Origin: Macrostomum lignano
Taxonomy: Eukaryota
NCBI GenBank assembly: GCA_002269645.1
Contig: NIVC01003051.1
Span: forward strand, 59,029 to 123,028
Reading direction: 5' to 3'
DNA length: 64,000 nt
Below, piece after piece: positions 1 to 12,574 of the stretch; position 1 is the stretch's first letter; each line of letters begins with the position of its first letter. The translations under genes and the position numbers were made by a program. The notes beneath the pieces were generated by a model. It made no database searches. It was not told the origin of the DNA and saw only the letters and a program-made list of their open reading frames with translations.

Positions 1-357
1 GCATCAGGCATCAGCGTTTTTCAATTCGAAGAGCTTGCGTGCACGGCAGCCGTTCACGTAAGCTCAGAATTGCGTGCACGGCGGCTATCTACCTAGTGCT
101 TTATTTGCATGTATGCAGCCGTACACCTAGTGTTGTAATTGCGTGCACGGCAGCCGGCAATTGGCCGGGACTGGGGCCCTTAAATCCACGCATTGGCATT
201 GCAAACCTAATTAAAAAATATTTTTACTACATTGTTTTATAATGTTTTATCCCCCGTACACCATGGACTGCAAATGTAATCTTAATTCATTGTTTTTTTG
301 TTAACTTGAATATTAATTCGAATAGTATATGACTTACTGTATAAGCCTATAAGATAT

Positions 358-1070
358 GGTTGACGGTCATTTCGTCTGCCGCCTTTTCGTCTGCCGCCTT
401 TTCGTCTGCCAATATACGATATAGTCGTTTCGTCTGCCAATATATATAATATATAAATCGGAATAACTATGTCATCAAGCTTCGCATGGAAGTGTAATGT
501 AAATGTCTTATTAATTGTAATTTATTATAATGCTAGGATTTTTCTGAAAGTTCCGGAGCTAATATGTTGCATATAAATACACAAAGCCAGAAGCAAGTAT
601 CTCCAACCGTTTAGTTTCCTTCCAACTTTATTTTTACAAATAATTGCAAATTTTTTAAAATTGTAAAATTTTGTAAATTGTAAATTGTAAAATTGTAAAA
701 TTGTAAAATTGTAAAATTTGTAAAAATATTTGTTTTTACAAATTACGCATCAAGGACCACTAGAAGTTACGTTGTAACGGTAACTTCTAGTGGTCCTTGT
801 TACGCATGCGTCCATGGTGAAAAAATTATCGATAACACCACTTTCTCAGAAAATAACTTCGCATCGATGCGTCGTAGAAAATGAAGAAAAACAAAATGTA
901 TCAATATAAATAAGAAAACATACTTAAAACTTGCTTATACTAATTTATTTTAATTCCCTACATAAAAAATACTAAATAAGTGAACCAAAATAAACATAAA
1001 TATAAAAGTCGTTTCGTCTGCTAAAATTCTTTGGCAGACGAAAAGGCGGCAGACGAAATGACCGCAGACC
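358..1070. mobile_element. MITE nested in the 27-1140 element, 8-bp TSD (Merlin- or hAT-type)
   Basis: 38-bp TIRs at 358-395 and 1033-1070 (GGT...CGGTCATTTCGTCTGCCGCCTTTTCGTCTGCC, 3 mismatches); TSD TAAGATAT at 350-357 and 1071-1078; AT-rich non-coding interior. Superfamily is tentative. Confidence 0.8.
751..799. mobile_element. 49-bp micro-MITE (hairpin), P-superfamily-like ends
   Basis: Perfect 20-bp inverted repeat CAAGGACCACTAGAAGTTAC (751-770 and 780-799), 9-bp loop, TSD TTACGCAT at 743-750 and 800-807. Terminus CAAGG fits the CANRG end motif of P elements. Confidence 0.75.
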
Positions 1071-3007
1071 TAAGATATAGCTCTGCCGTGCACGCAATTC
1101 TGAGCTTATGTGAACGGCGGCCGTGCACGCAAGCTCTTCGTTTTCAATTTTCACAGTTTATTTTTTTTTCTATGGCCAACTACAAATATCAGGCGAGGGT
1201 ATTGCTGGTAAGTTAGGCTGTGCCTAAAGATTGCTACATTGAGTTGTTTGTCTAAACATTAACTGCTTTATACAGCAGTTAGTTAGTTAGTTTTTTAGCA
1301 GTATCAAACTTAAGTTAGACCTAAAATTTAGGAAGATGCTTTTTTTTTCAATTTTTCTCTGTTTTATTATAATTTGATAAATAAATAATCTTCAACAAGA
1401 CATACACATTTATTTGAATTTGAAATCAAAAAATTAATTATCAATTACTACTTTTTTAATGTTTTCTTTTGTTAAGCAAAAGTCTATTCTAAACAAAGGC
1501 CTATAGATAGTCAATAAATGTAGGCCCAACTAGCCTATGGTTAGCTTATATAGGATTAAACTTCATATAATGTCAAAATCTAAAAACTAAGGGCAATTTT
1601 TGGCAATCTTCAAGTTTCGTTCGTTAAATTATTTTTTCAATGATTCCTAAACTATCTTGCTCTGAGATGATTATTTTCGAGCTCTCCAGTATACCCAGCC
1701 CTTTCCTAGCTGAGAAAGTAGCAGCTTTGTTAATATTAACCTCTAAGGTACCATAAAGCCGAAAATATAAGATGCAAACAAGCAAAGCTAACATGTAACG
1801 CTAAGTACAAACAGACAGATGCAAAGTAAATGCAAAGTAAAACAACAGATAGGGTAAAGCATCATCAACCGAACATAAAAGTATCATTTTTCAACCTTCT
1901 TTCTTGCATAGCAAAAAAAATTTTATATGTAGTGAAATAAAACTACCCAGAAGTTGTTTAGAACATTTTTTTCTTTTAAATGAATGGTCGCTTTACTTTA
2001 TTGCACAAGTAGAAAAAAAGTTATTGATGATTTTATTTCAAAACCGAACGATGATTCTAGGGTATCTTCAAACGGAACAGGGTATCTGACGTTCAGTTTT
2101 TGTGTTTGAACACTAATAACTTTTTTATTTCTTGTTCGTTTTTTCTGAAATATATATCATTGTAAAGATTAATTCATACTCTTTCTAAAAAGTATAACTT
2201 TTGCACAGATAGATGTAGAAAAATATTGTTTATCTGCATTTGAATATAGTACCCCCCATTGAACAGAAAAATCGTGAATTTTTACTTTTTTGCCATTTCC
2301 TTTAACTCTCTCATGCTAAATTGATAAAATGCTATGTTTTCTACTTATTTTAGATTGTCGAATCGGAAAAGCAATAAAGAATTTTAAAAAACCACAAGTT
2401 CTTTAAAGCAGAGCTGATACTTTGCCCATTTCGGAGTTCTTCTGAAGGACCTACTAATGTTTCAGCTTTAAACATAGGCATTTATTTTGCCATTATTACC
2501 TTGTTTTTGAAAGAAAAAAGTACCTCTAGTATACTTTTAACCTTTTTTTACCATAAAGGTAATATTTTTTCAAAAGTTAAAGAAGAAGAAGAAAGAAAAG
2601 TAAAAAAATGGTAAAAAACGATTTTTTTGCAAACAAATTCTCGTAATTTTTTATTTTATTTCTTCTCATCATACTCGTATATTTTTACTTCAAGTAGTTG
2701 CATGCAAGATGTCAAGAAAAAATGCTGTAAAATCTTAAAATTTTCCGATAAACCATCACCTCGTTCTCAGACTGCAATCACTTGGCCCTCTTGATGTAAC
2801 AACAGGGGGGCCGCCAAAACCATAGGCTCATTGGGTTCATCTGTTTACCCCAGCCTTGTATACATGTAGATTTTTTGCAAATACAAGAAAGAAAAAGCTC
2901 GCAAAAATATTCAAAATCTACTTATATACGCTCGTATATATAAAGTAAAAATTATACATGTATATGTACATGTAGATTGCTATCTGATAATAACCAGCAT
3001 GAAGTCG

Positions 3008-6000
3008 ACAGACAGGCGGCTGATAGAAAGGAGACAGAAAGACGGCTGATAAAGAGAAGATAGACAGGCCACTGATAGAGAGGAGACAGGCAGGCCGCCA
3101 ATAGAGAGGAGACGGGCGGCTGATAAAGAGGAGAAAGACAGGCCGCTGATAGAGAGGAGATAGACAGGCCGCTGATAGAGAGGAGACAGGCCGCTGATAG
3201 AGAGGAGACAGGCAGGCCGCCGATAGAGAGGAGATAGACAGGCCGCTGATAGAGAGGAGACAGGCAGGCCGCCAATAGAGAGGAGACGGGCGGCTGATAA
3301 AGAGGAGAAAGACAGGCCGCTGATAGAGAGGAGATAGACAGGCCGCTGATAGAGAGGAGACAGGCCGCTGATAGAGAGGAGACAGGCAGGCCGCCGATAG
3401 AGAGGAGATAGACAGGCCGCTGATAGAGAGGAGACAGGCAGGCCGCCGATAGAGAGGAGATAGACAGGCCGCTGATAGAGAGGAGACAGGCAGGCCGCCG
3501 ATAGAGGAGATAGACAGGCCGCTGATAGAGAGGAGACAGGCCGCTGATAGAGAGGAGATAGACAGGCCGCTGATAGAGAGGAGATAGACAGGCCGCTGAT
3601 AGAGAGGAGATAGACAGGCCGCTGATAGAGAGGAGATAGACAGGCCGCTGATAGAGAGGAGATAGACAGGCCGCTGATAGAGAGGAGATAGACAGGCCGC
3701 TGATAGAGAGGAGACAGGCAGGCCGCCGATAGAGGAGATAGACAGGCCGCTGATAGAGAGGAGACAGGCCGCTGATAGAGAGGAGACAGGCCGCTGATAG
3801 TGAGGAGATAGACAGGCCGCTGATAGAGAGGAGACAGGCAGGCCGCTGATAGAGAGGAGATAGACAGGCCGCTGATAGAGAGGAGATAGACAGGCCGCTG
3901 ATAGTGAGGAGACAGGCAGGCCGCCGATAGAGAGGAGACAGGCCGCTGATAGAGAGGAGACAGGCCGCTGATAGAGAGGAGACAGGCAGGCCGCCGATAG
4001 AGAGGAGATAGACAGGCCGCTGATAGAGAGGAGACAGGCAGGCCGCCAATAGAGAGGAGACGGGCGGCTGATAAAGAGGAGAAAGACAGGCCGCTGATAG
4101 AGAGGAGATAGACAGGCCGCTGATAGAGAGGAGACAGGCCGCTGATAGAGAGGAGACAGGCAGGCCGCCGATAGAGAGGAGATAGACAGGCCGCTGATAG
4201 AGAGGAGACAGGCAGGCCGCCGATAGAGAGGAGATAGACAGGCCGCTGATAGAGAGGAGACAGGCAGGCCGCCGATAGAGGAGATAGACAGGCCGCTGAT
4301 AGAGAGGAGACAGGCCGCTGATAGAGAGGAGATAGACAGGCCGCTGATAGAGAGGAGATAGACAGGCCGCTGATAGAGAGGAGATAGACAGGCCGCTGAT
4401 AGAGAGGAGATAGACAGGCCGCTGATAGAGAGGAGTTAGACAGGCCGCTGATAGAGAGGAGATAGACAGGCCGCTGATAGAGAGGAGACAGGCAGGCCGC
4501 CGATAGAGGAGATAGACAGGCCGCTGATAGAGAGGAGACAGGCCGCTGATAGAGAGGAGACAGGCCGCTGATAGTGAGGAGATAGACAGGCCGCTGATAG
4601 AGAGGAGACAGGCAGGCCGCCGATAGAGAGGAGATAGACAGGCCGCTGATAGAGAGGAGACAGGCAGGCCGCCGATAGAGGAGATAGACAGGCCGCTGAT
4701 AGAGAGGAGACAGGCCGCTGATAGAGAGGAGATAGACAGGCCGCTGATAGAGAGGAGATAGACAGGCCGCTGATAGAGAGGAGATAGACAGGCCGCTGAT
4801 AGAGAGGAGACAGGCAGGCGGCTGATGGAGAGGAGACAGGCAGGCCTCCGATAGAGAGGAGATAGACAGGCCGCTGATAGAGAGGAGACGGGCGGCTGAT
4901 AGAGAGGAGATAGACAGGCCGCCGATAGAGAGGAGATAGACAGGCCGCTGATAGAGAGGAGACGGGCCGCTGATAGAGAGGAGATAGACAGGCCGCTGAT
5001 AGAGAGGAGATAGACAGGCCGCTGATAGAGAGGAGATAGACAGGCCGCTGATAGAGAGGAGATAGACAGGCCGCCGATAGAGAGGAGATAGACAGGCCGC
5101 TGATAGAGAGGAGACGGGCCGCTGATAGAGAGGAGATAGACAGGCCGCTGATAGAGAGGAGATAGACAGGCCGCTGATAGAGAGGAGATAGACAGGCCGC
5201 TGATAGAGAGGAGATAGACAGGCCGCTGATAGAGAGGAGATAGACAGGCCGCTGATAGTGAGGAGACAGGCAGGCCGCCGATAGAGAGGAGACAGGCCGC
5301 TGATAGAGAGGAGACAGGCCGCTGATAGAGAGGAGACAGGCAGGCCGCCGATAGAGAGGAGATAGACAGGCCGCCGATAGAGAGGAGACAGGCAGGCCGC
5401 CGATAGAGAGGAGACAGGCAGGCCGCCGATAGAGAGGAGATAGACAGGCCGCTGATAGAGAGGAGATAGACAGGCCGCTGATAGAGAGGAGATAGACAGG
5501 CCGCTAATAGAGAGGAGATAGACAGGCCGCTGATAGAGAGGAGACAGGCAGGCCGCCGATAGAGAGGAGACAGGCCGCTGATAGAGAGGAGACAGGCAGG
5601 CCGCCGATAGAGAGGAGATAGACAGGCCGCCGATAGAGAGGAGATAGACAGGCCGCTGATAGAGAGGAGATAGACAGGCCGCCGATAGAGAGGAGACAGG
5701 CCGCTGATAGAGATAGACAAACCGCCGATAGAGAGGAGATAGACAGGCCGCTGATAGAAAGGAGACAGGCAGGCCGCCGATAGAGAGGAGATAGACAGGC
5801 CGCTGATAGAGAGGAGATAGACAGGCCGCTGATAGAGAGGAGATAGACAGGCCGCTGATAGAGATAGACAGGCCGCTGATAGAGAGGAGACAGGCAGGCC
5901 GCTGATAGAGATAGACAGGCCGCTGATAGAGAGGAGATAGACAGGCCGCTGATAGAGATAGACAGGCCGCTGATAGAGAGGAGATAGACAGGCCGCTGAT

Positions 6001-6060
6001 AGAGAGGAGACGGTCGGCTGATAGAGAGGAGACAGGCGGCTGATGGAGAGATAGAGGCCG
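3008..6060. repeat. 3-kb minisatellite, 22-26-bp units (GACAGGCCGCTGATAGAGAGGAGATA and variants)
   Basis: Tandem array with interspersed unit variants, read directly. Confidence 0.97.
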
Positions 6061-6601
6061 CTAACGTAGACTATGAATACAAAGTCAATAATTAGAAGCA
6101 AAATATTGAAGCGTTTCGCGAAGGCAGTAGTTTTCCGGATGTCCGCTCTCGAAACGATGTTGCAGATGTAAGTTGATATTGATGAGCCTTGAAAATCAAA
6201 TTTCTAACGTAGCTAGGGCCAATTTTTTTCAACATGATTTACATATTTTAAACGCATGAATGGACGTTGGAAAGTTGATTGGTGCCGCAGGAAAGCAAAC
6301 AGAAACAGCCAATCCTCATGACTGCGCAAGGAATTCGGCTAACCAATGACAGCACGAGGAGAACTGGTCATGTCTGCGTAGGCCAAATTTTGTCCTCGTC
6401 GTTCAGTTTTTGAAATCTGGATGCAAAAACTTCAGATGGGCATTATCCATCTCTCACTCTAGCCACATCTATACCTAGCGCTTTTTGATTTACAGTTGGA
6501 ATCCCAAATTCTGGATCAGCCAAAGGATTTTTTATGCTTAAATCTGCTGACACTGGGACTAGAATAAGCCAGCGGATCCTTTCTCCCTATCCACTCCTTT
6601 T

Positions 6602-7107
6602 CCATCCGCCCCTTCCTCTGCATCCGCCCTTCCTCTGCATCCGCCCTTCCTCTGCATCCGCCCTTCCTCTGCATCTGCCCCTTCCTCTGCATCCGCCCTT
6701 CCTCTGCATCCGCCCTTCCTCTGCATCTGCCCCTTCCTCTGCATCCGCCCTTCCTCTGCATCTGCCCCTTCCTCTGCATCCGCCCTTCCTCTGCATCCGC
6801 CCTTCCTCTGCATCCGCCCTTCCTCTGCATCCGCCCTTCCTCTGCATCCGCCCTTCCTCTGCATCTGCCCCTTCCTCCGCATCCACCCTTCCTCTGCATC
6901 TGCCCCTTCCTCTGCATCTGCCCCTTCCTCTGCATCCGCCCTTCCTCCGCATCTGCCCCTTCCTCTGCATCCGCCCTTCCTCCGCATCCGCCCTTCCTCT
7001 GCATCCGCCCTTCCTCTGCATCCGCCCCTTCCTCTGCATCCGCCCTTCCTCTGCATCCGCCCCTTCCTCTGCATCCGCCCTTCCTCTGCATCAGCCCTTC
7101 CCTCTGC
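6602..7107. repeat. Minisatellite, 17-18-bp unit CATCCGCCCTTCCTCTG
   Basis: Direct tandem array. Confidence 0.95.
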
Positions 7108-8689
7108 GGTCGCTAATGTATTAACATGTATTGCGGTCGCTATATAGGCCATATCATTTATTTACTTCGTGAAAAGGGCGTGAATTTATGACATAATGCT
7201 TCTGGCGCTTCGTTAGGCGAGGCCCATCATGTCTAAAATGGGCACGAATTGGTTCCAGGCTCACCACGAAGTGCGAAAACAAACCGAATTTTGCAAAACA
7301 GTCGATAGTCAGAGATAAGGATACGAGTAGGTGGATCATGCCGTCTATTGCCTCAGAAAAGGCCCAGGGTCTGGGATTCTAGACAATGGACCTACTTGAC
7401 TGTTGGGTGCGAAAAATCGTGCTAAGAATTTCTGCCTAATCCTACGGACTTTAAAAGTGCGAATTTGAATTTGGTTCCCAGTACCAGGGGTAAAAATGAA
7501 TTAATAGACACAGCCCTTATCACAAACCGTCTGTCACCCAATTTTCGCACCTAAGTAACTCGAAACTCTGCTCAATTCGCACATGTTGTCTATGTTTTGG
7601 CACGGGTGTGAAGATGGAATTGCCCAAGGCAGATTCGGCCACTCATCAATTCGTAAAAAGACTGAAAGATTTCCTACTTTTTGTGGCTAAATCATAATAA
7701 ACTTGCAATAGGCCAGTAGCACATAGTTTTTGTTGGCGCACATTGAGAAAGTTTGCGTACAATTAAGATTTGTTGGCGTACAATTGAAAATTCAATGAAA
7801 ATTTGTCCAGCGTAAGACCCTTGGAAGCTTGGAAGCATATTAGCTTATATGCATACTAACATTTGCCGCCATGCTGCTTTAACGCCAGGTTGTACATCGC
7901 TTCTATATCGCTTCTTAGCGAGCACCGTACGCAAGCAACAAAGACCCTCTAGGGTCTCTCATACATGTACGTAAACCAAAAGGAGAAAAGGAAAGGAAGG
8001 AAGGAACAGCAAGCAAGCAATGGGTGACGCATCGCGATAATGAACATTCCTACCCCACTTCCCCCAACCCCCTCTCACACAACACGAATTATTTATCATC
8101 ACAACGATTTAAACCGAATTTAAACCGAATTTAAACCGATTTAACGAATTTAAACCGAAAACAACAAAGGAAAAACAGATTTTTTGAACACGTCGTTTTA
8201 AAACAAAAATGCAATTATCGGATGTTAAAGACTGTTGTAATTTTGAGAGCAATAATAGTTAAAAACTAAATTGAATTAATTTTTTAAGTTAGCGAAAAAA
8301 ATTATTAAATTCAATGCATAATAAAAACTAATCAAATGCAATCAATTTACTAAGTACGTATGCTTGGAGTAAAATTTATTGTACACGACGGATTACCAAA
8401 ATTCACGTCACACAAAAGTTTTGAAATGAATTTACGAGACCTTTAATAATAATAGGCCTTTCACATTTTTACCTGTCGTCTGACACTACATGCAAACTTG
8501 CATCATAGCACAAGATCGTGAGATACGTGTTTAAAGCTAGCAAAAACCGATTCGCGTATAAAGCATTATAAAAATAAACTTGTCATCGTTAATACAGTAC
8601 AAGTTGAATATAATACAGTAAAATAATAATTGCTATTCACTGGACTCATTTAACTGCTTTCTTGACTCAAATCACTGACAGATGCACAA

Positions 8690-8846
8690 ATCCCTGACCC
8701 AGTTATCAAATCACTGACCCAGTTATCAAATATCATGACCCAATTATCAAATCACTGACCCAGTTATCAAATCAGTGACCCAGTTATCAAATCCCATGAC
8801 CCAGTTACCAAATCCCATGACCCAGTTATCAAATCCCTGACCCAGA
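8690..8846. repeat. Short tandem array, about 18-20-bp unit TGACCCAGTTATCAAATC
   Basis: About 8 imperfect copies. Confidence 0.85.
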
Positions 8847-11084
8847 GGTCCAACCTGTTATAATACTTTAGCCTCAGAGGGGTGGGCAAGGGGAAACCAA
8901 ATTGGGCCCCCGACTCTCAGAGTTCCAAGGAAGTTTTAACAGAAAGGAAGCATTTGCCCCAATACTAGGGCAAAAACCTAGTTTCTAGTGTGATAGTCCA
9001 ACACAGCAGGTTTCTAGTGTGATAGTCCAATACAGCAGATGCTGCTGCAAGGAAGGAGTTGCCCAACAGAGGCCGGCCTTGTGCCGGGGTCACTGGCAAT
9101 CAAAAACATAACTGGCATGGTCTTACTGCCTAGGATGACTGTCAGCTTTGATTGACCCATAATCTCCAGTGTATTTGTGATGACATTGCACCAGTATATT
9201 TACACTACAGTATATGGTACATTTGCATACTAACATGTGCCGCCATGTTGTTTCGCCGCTAGGTTTTACATAGCTAAGCGCCATGCTATATATAATAGCA
9301 TGGTTCTGATAGAAACATTTTCCGCCATGATGTTTCCAATTATACGCGATATGCTGTTTCTGATAAAAGTGTGCTATGCTGTTTCTGATAACAGCGGCAT
9401 GCTCTAAGGAATACCATGGTACATGCATACTAACCATGGTCATGCATTAAACAGCATGCATTACTAACATTCGTCGCCATGCTGTTTCTGATAATGTCAG
9501 AAAATGTAAGTATGCATATGTACCATGGTTTTCCTGAGAGCATGGCGCTGTTAATCAGATACAGTATGGCACTGTTATCAGCAATAGCATGGCGGCACAT
9601 ATAGTATGAATATGTACCATGGTAGTCCTTAAAGTATGGCACTGTTATCTATGAGGTAAAAATAATAAACGCGGGGAATGACGATCAATGGGGCGAAGGT
9701 GTTTGCTAGATCACAAGCATGTCTACATGCTTTTTGCAAGCACGACACTGACATGCTCCAACGAACAACCACCCCACAAAAAAGCTTGAAAAACGTTTTA
9801 ACACTTATTAATTGTTATTTTATTTGTAATTTTGACCTCGCCTGGACTAAAAACCCTAGGCGGGTTAGGGTAAATCTAACTAAAAAAGAAAAAAATAAAC
9901 AAAATTAAATGAAAAAAATAACATAAATCCTTGGCCCAGCTGACTCGTCAATATGACTGCCAAACACGGTGAGCAGTCGCGGATTCACCCGGCAGACAAT
10001 ATTGGTCCTGCCTTGCATCCGCCGCTGTCCACTTGTTGTTACTTCTGAAATGTTGGTTTACTAAAAGATTACATTCTGTAACATAATATATGATTAGAGC
10101 TACACAGCAGCGCGTTGAAAGGCGCGGGTAAAGATCCTCTCCGCGAAGTAGAAATCCTCTCCGTGAAACTGGACTCAATCGAAATTTCTCCGTCAAACAG
10201 AGCCCAGCTCTCAGAATTAATTGGTTAGGGTTACGGTTAGGGTTAGAGCTACAAAGCAGCGTGTTTTGAAGGCGCTGGTAAGGAAATTGAACCAATTCAA
10301 TTAATTAGATGCGCAACCGATTTTACAGTCAGTCAGTATCAGTCTCAGCTAAAGTTATTAAGTTATTTATACTGTGATATAACTGAGCTTTTGGTTGCCC
10401 GGATCTGGGTCTAAAGATCTTGGAATCCCACCGCTATCACCAGTGTTATACTTTAGTTGTTGGGGTGGTTCGGCAGGTTTTGATATCCCACCGCTATCAC
10501 CAGTGTAGTGCTTGGCTTTCTGGTTTCTGTGGCGGGGTGGACTGCTATTACCCGAAGCAACCTTGCTGAGGATACTTATGGGGGCTGAGACTGGGGAGAA
10601 ATCTAAGGTCAAGGGTAGTGCTGCCACCAGCGTGGGAACCGTAGGATCCGCAATGAAGGGATCTGTTTGGGCTCCACGCAAATAAATAACGCTAGAACAA
10701 CTAGTCTCAGATATTTCAATGTCCAAGTGACAGGACTCAATGGTAGCAAATGGCCTGAGCGGCGCAGTCCTGGCACTGACAAATGTCCGCGCTTGAGCGT
10801 GTCTGAGTTTAGCTCTCAGAGGACCCCTAACTTCTATAACCAAATAGCTACGACTCGCGCATATGGGCGGCGAGGAGTAGGTCTATGCGCCTGAAGCAGC
10901 AATAGACTCACGCTAACTAAGCTCTCAGCTATTTCTTAGAATCGAGCACGAGTGCTGCGACTGCACACTCACTCTCACTCTTATTCGCGCCTGTGTCGCA
11001 AAATAGACTAAAGCAGAATGGCTTCAGCCAACTGATTTCCTGCCAAATAGGGTAGGCTGGAAAACCAGAGCTGTAGCGCTAGCA

Positions 11085-11212
11085 ATGCTCTACCAAGACC
11101 TGCTCGGGAGCGTGCTTTCTGCTTGAGCGCCGCAATGCTCTACCAAGACCTGCTCAGGAGCTTGCAGCTGCTTCTAGCGATGCTCTGCTCTACCAAGACC
11201 TGCTCAGGAGCT
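11085..11212. repeat. Three spaced copies of ATGCTCTACCAAGACCTGCTC(A/G)GGAGC
   Basis: Direct repeats read in the sequence. Confidence 0.75.
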
Positions 11213-11991
11213 TTGCTTCGCTGTTAACCGGCGCTAGAGCGCTAGACTTGGAGAAAGCTCTCGACAAGTCCTCACGAGGCGGTTCTGAGGAAAAATTCAG
11301 ACAGACGGGCCTGCATTCGTTAATATAGAACGCGGAGGGTGGAGCGTTTGGGCATTCCGTGGCTTGACCATGGAACTGCAGCCGAAAAGTGCGGATAATG
11401 ATGCACAACAGATATTGATTAAACATGGGGGAAAGAGTAGCTTGTACGAAGCGCCGACAGTCGCCTCAAGCCACTAGTGACAATAACATGCCAAATTTGG
11501 GCTTGTGCGCACAAGGCTGCACGTGAGGGAGGGTTCAGCTCGGGACACGGGGTCCGCGAAACCCTCAGTCTAAAAATAGAATGACGCATGGGGAGAGGCT
11601 CGGACGCAGGAGGAACGAGAGAGCAGAAGGGGGAAGGGTCCAGAGAGCGCACGGGGGAGGAGTGCGGCTAACTAGACTTGCGTACACTGAGCGATTGCCC
11701 GTGTGGCCATCTGATCAGGTTTTTCGCCCGGTAGGCGATCGGGATTTTTGCCCGGTTTGTAATACATTTTTTCCTATCTAAAAACCCGAAAATCCTCGGG
11801 AAAGTGGTCTCGAAAACGGACGAAGACGGCAGTTTCGTCTGGTTGTTCGTCAGGAATTTCGTAGAGGACATCAGGTATTTTCTCGGGTTTCTCTTCGCCT
11901 ACTCAAACTGATGAGTACCCTGAATAAAACCCGACAAATGACCGGATGAAAGTGCAATAGCAGAACCCGGCAAATAACCGTGGCAAAATCT

Positions 11992-12278
11992 GACTAAAAC
12001 CTAACGAAAGCGACACGACGACCCAACCGGACGAATATCCGGAGCAAAATCAGACTAAAACCTAACGAAAGCGACACGACGACCCAACCGGACGAATATC
12101 TGGAGCAAAATCAGACTAAAACCTAACGAAAGCGACACGACGACCCAACCGGACGAATATCCGGAGCAAAATCAGACTAAAACCTAACGAAAGCGACACG
12201 ACGACCCAACCGGACGAATATCTGGAGCAAAAAGACTAAAACCTAACGAAAGCGACACGACGATCAAACCGGACGAAA
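11992..12278. repeat. Subterminal 61-bp tandem repeat of the CACTA element (about 4.7 copies)
   Basis: Units start at 11992, 12053, 12114, 12175 and 12234 (GACTAAAACCTAACGAAAGCGACACGACG...). Confidence 0.92.
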
Positions 12279-12574
12279 AACCCTGCATCCCTATCGAATT
12301 GTGTCTACTCTCGGAAATATGTAGTGCCGACTTAGTAAAACATCTACAGTGCGCTTCTGTCAACGGATACCGTGAAGAGTAAAGAAGTAAGACAATTGTC
12401 AGTCAGTGTTAATACAAAATATGTAACGTTCCATCTTGCAATTCATCAAACTGTTCCAAATCGCCTACAAGATCAATATACTCCTCTGTTTTTTTATTCC
12501 AAAGATGTTGTAGAATACAGTCAGTAGGCGCATAGTCGCTAGTCATCTAGGCGCATAAATGCGGGAATTTAAAA

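Larger units (their letters stand above)
27..1140. mobile_element. Non-autonomous DNA transposon (MITE), Mutator-like
   Basis: 56-bp TIRs at 27-82 and 1085-1140 (CGAAGAGCTTGCGTGCACGG..., 2 mismatches); identical 9-bp flanks TTTTCAATT at 18-26 and 1141-1149. A 9-bp TSD is typical of MULEs. Confidence 0.85.

Noticed and set aside
2952-6101. 1049-aa ORF
   Set aside because: Read-through of a stop-free minisatellite strand; the peptide is just the repeat unit.
6516-7152. Overlapping 150-197-aa ORFs
   Set aside because: 17-18-bp satellite open in several frames on both strands.
10223-10246. Telomere-like TTAGGG units
   Set aside because: Only about four imperfect units; too short to call an interstitial telomere.
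10367-10843. 158-aa ORF with a duplicated YxTGDSGGI peptide
   Set aside because: The duplication reflects a short DNA repeat; no recognisable domain or splice support.
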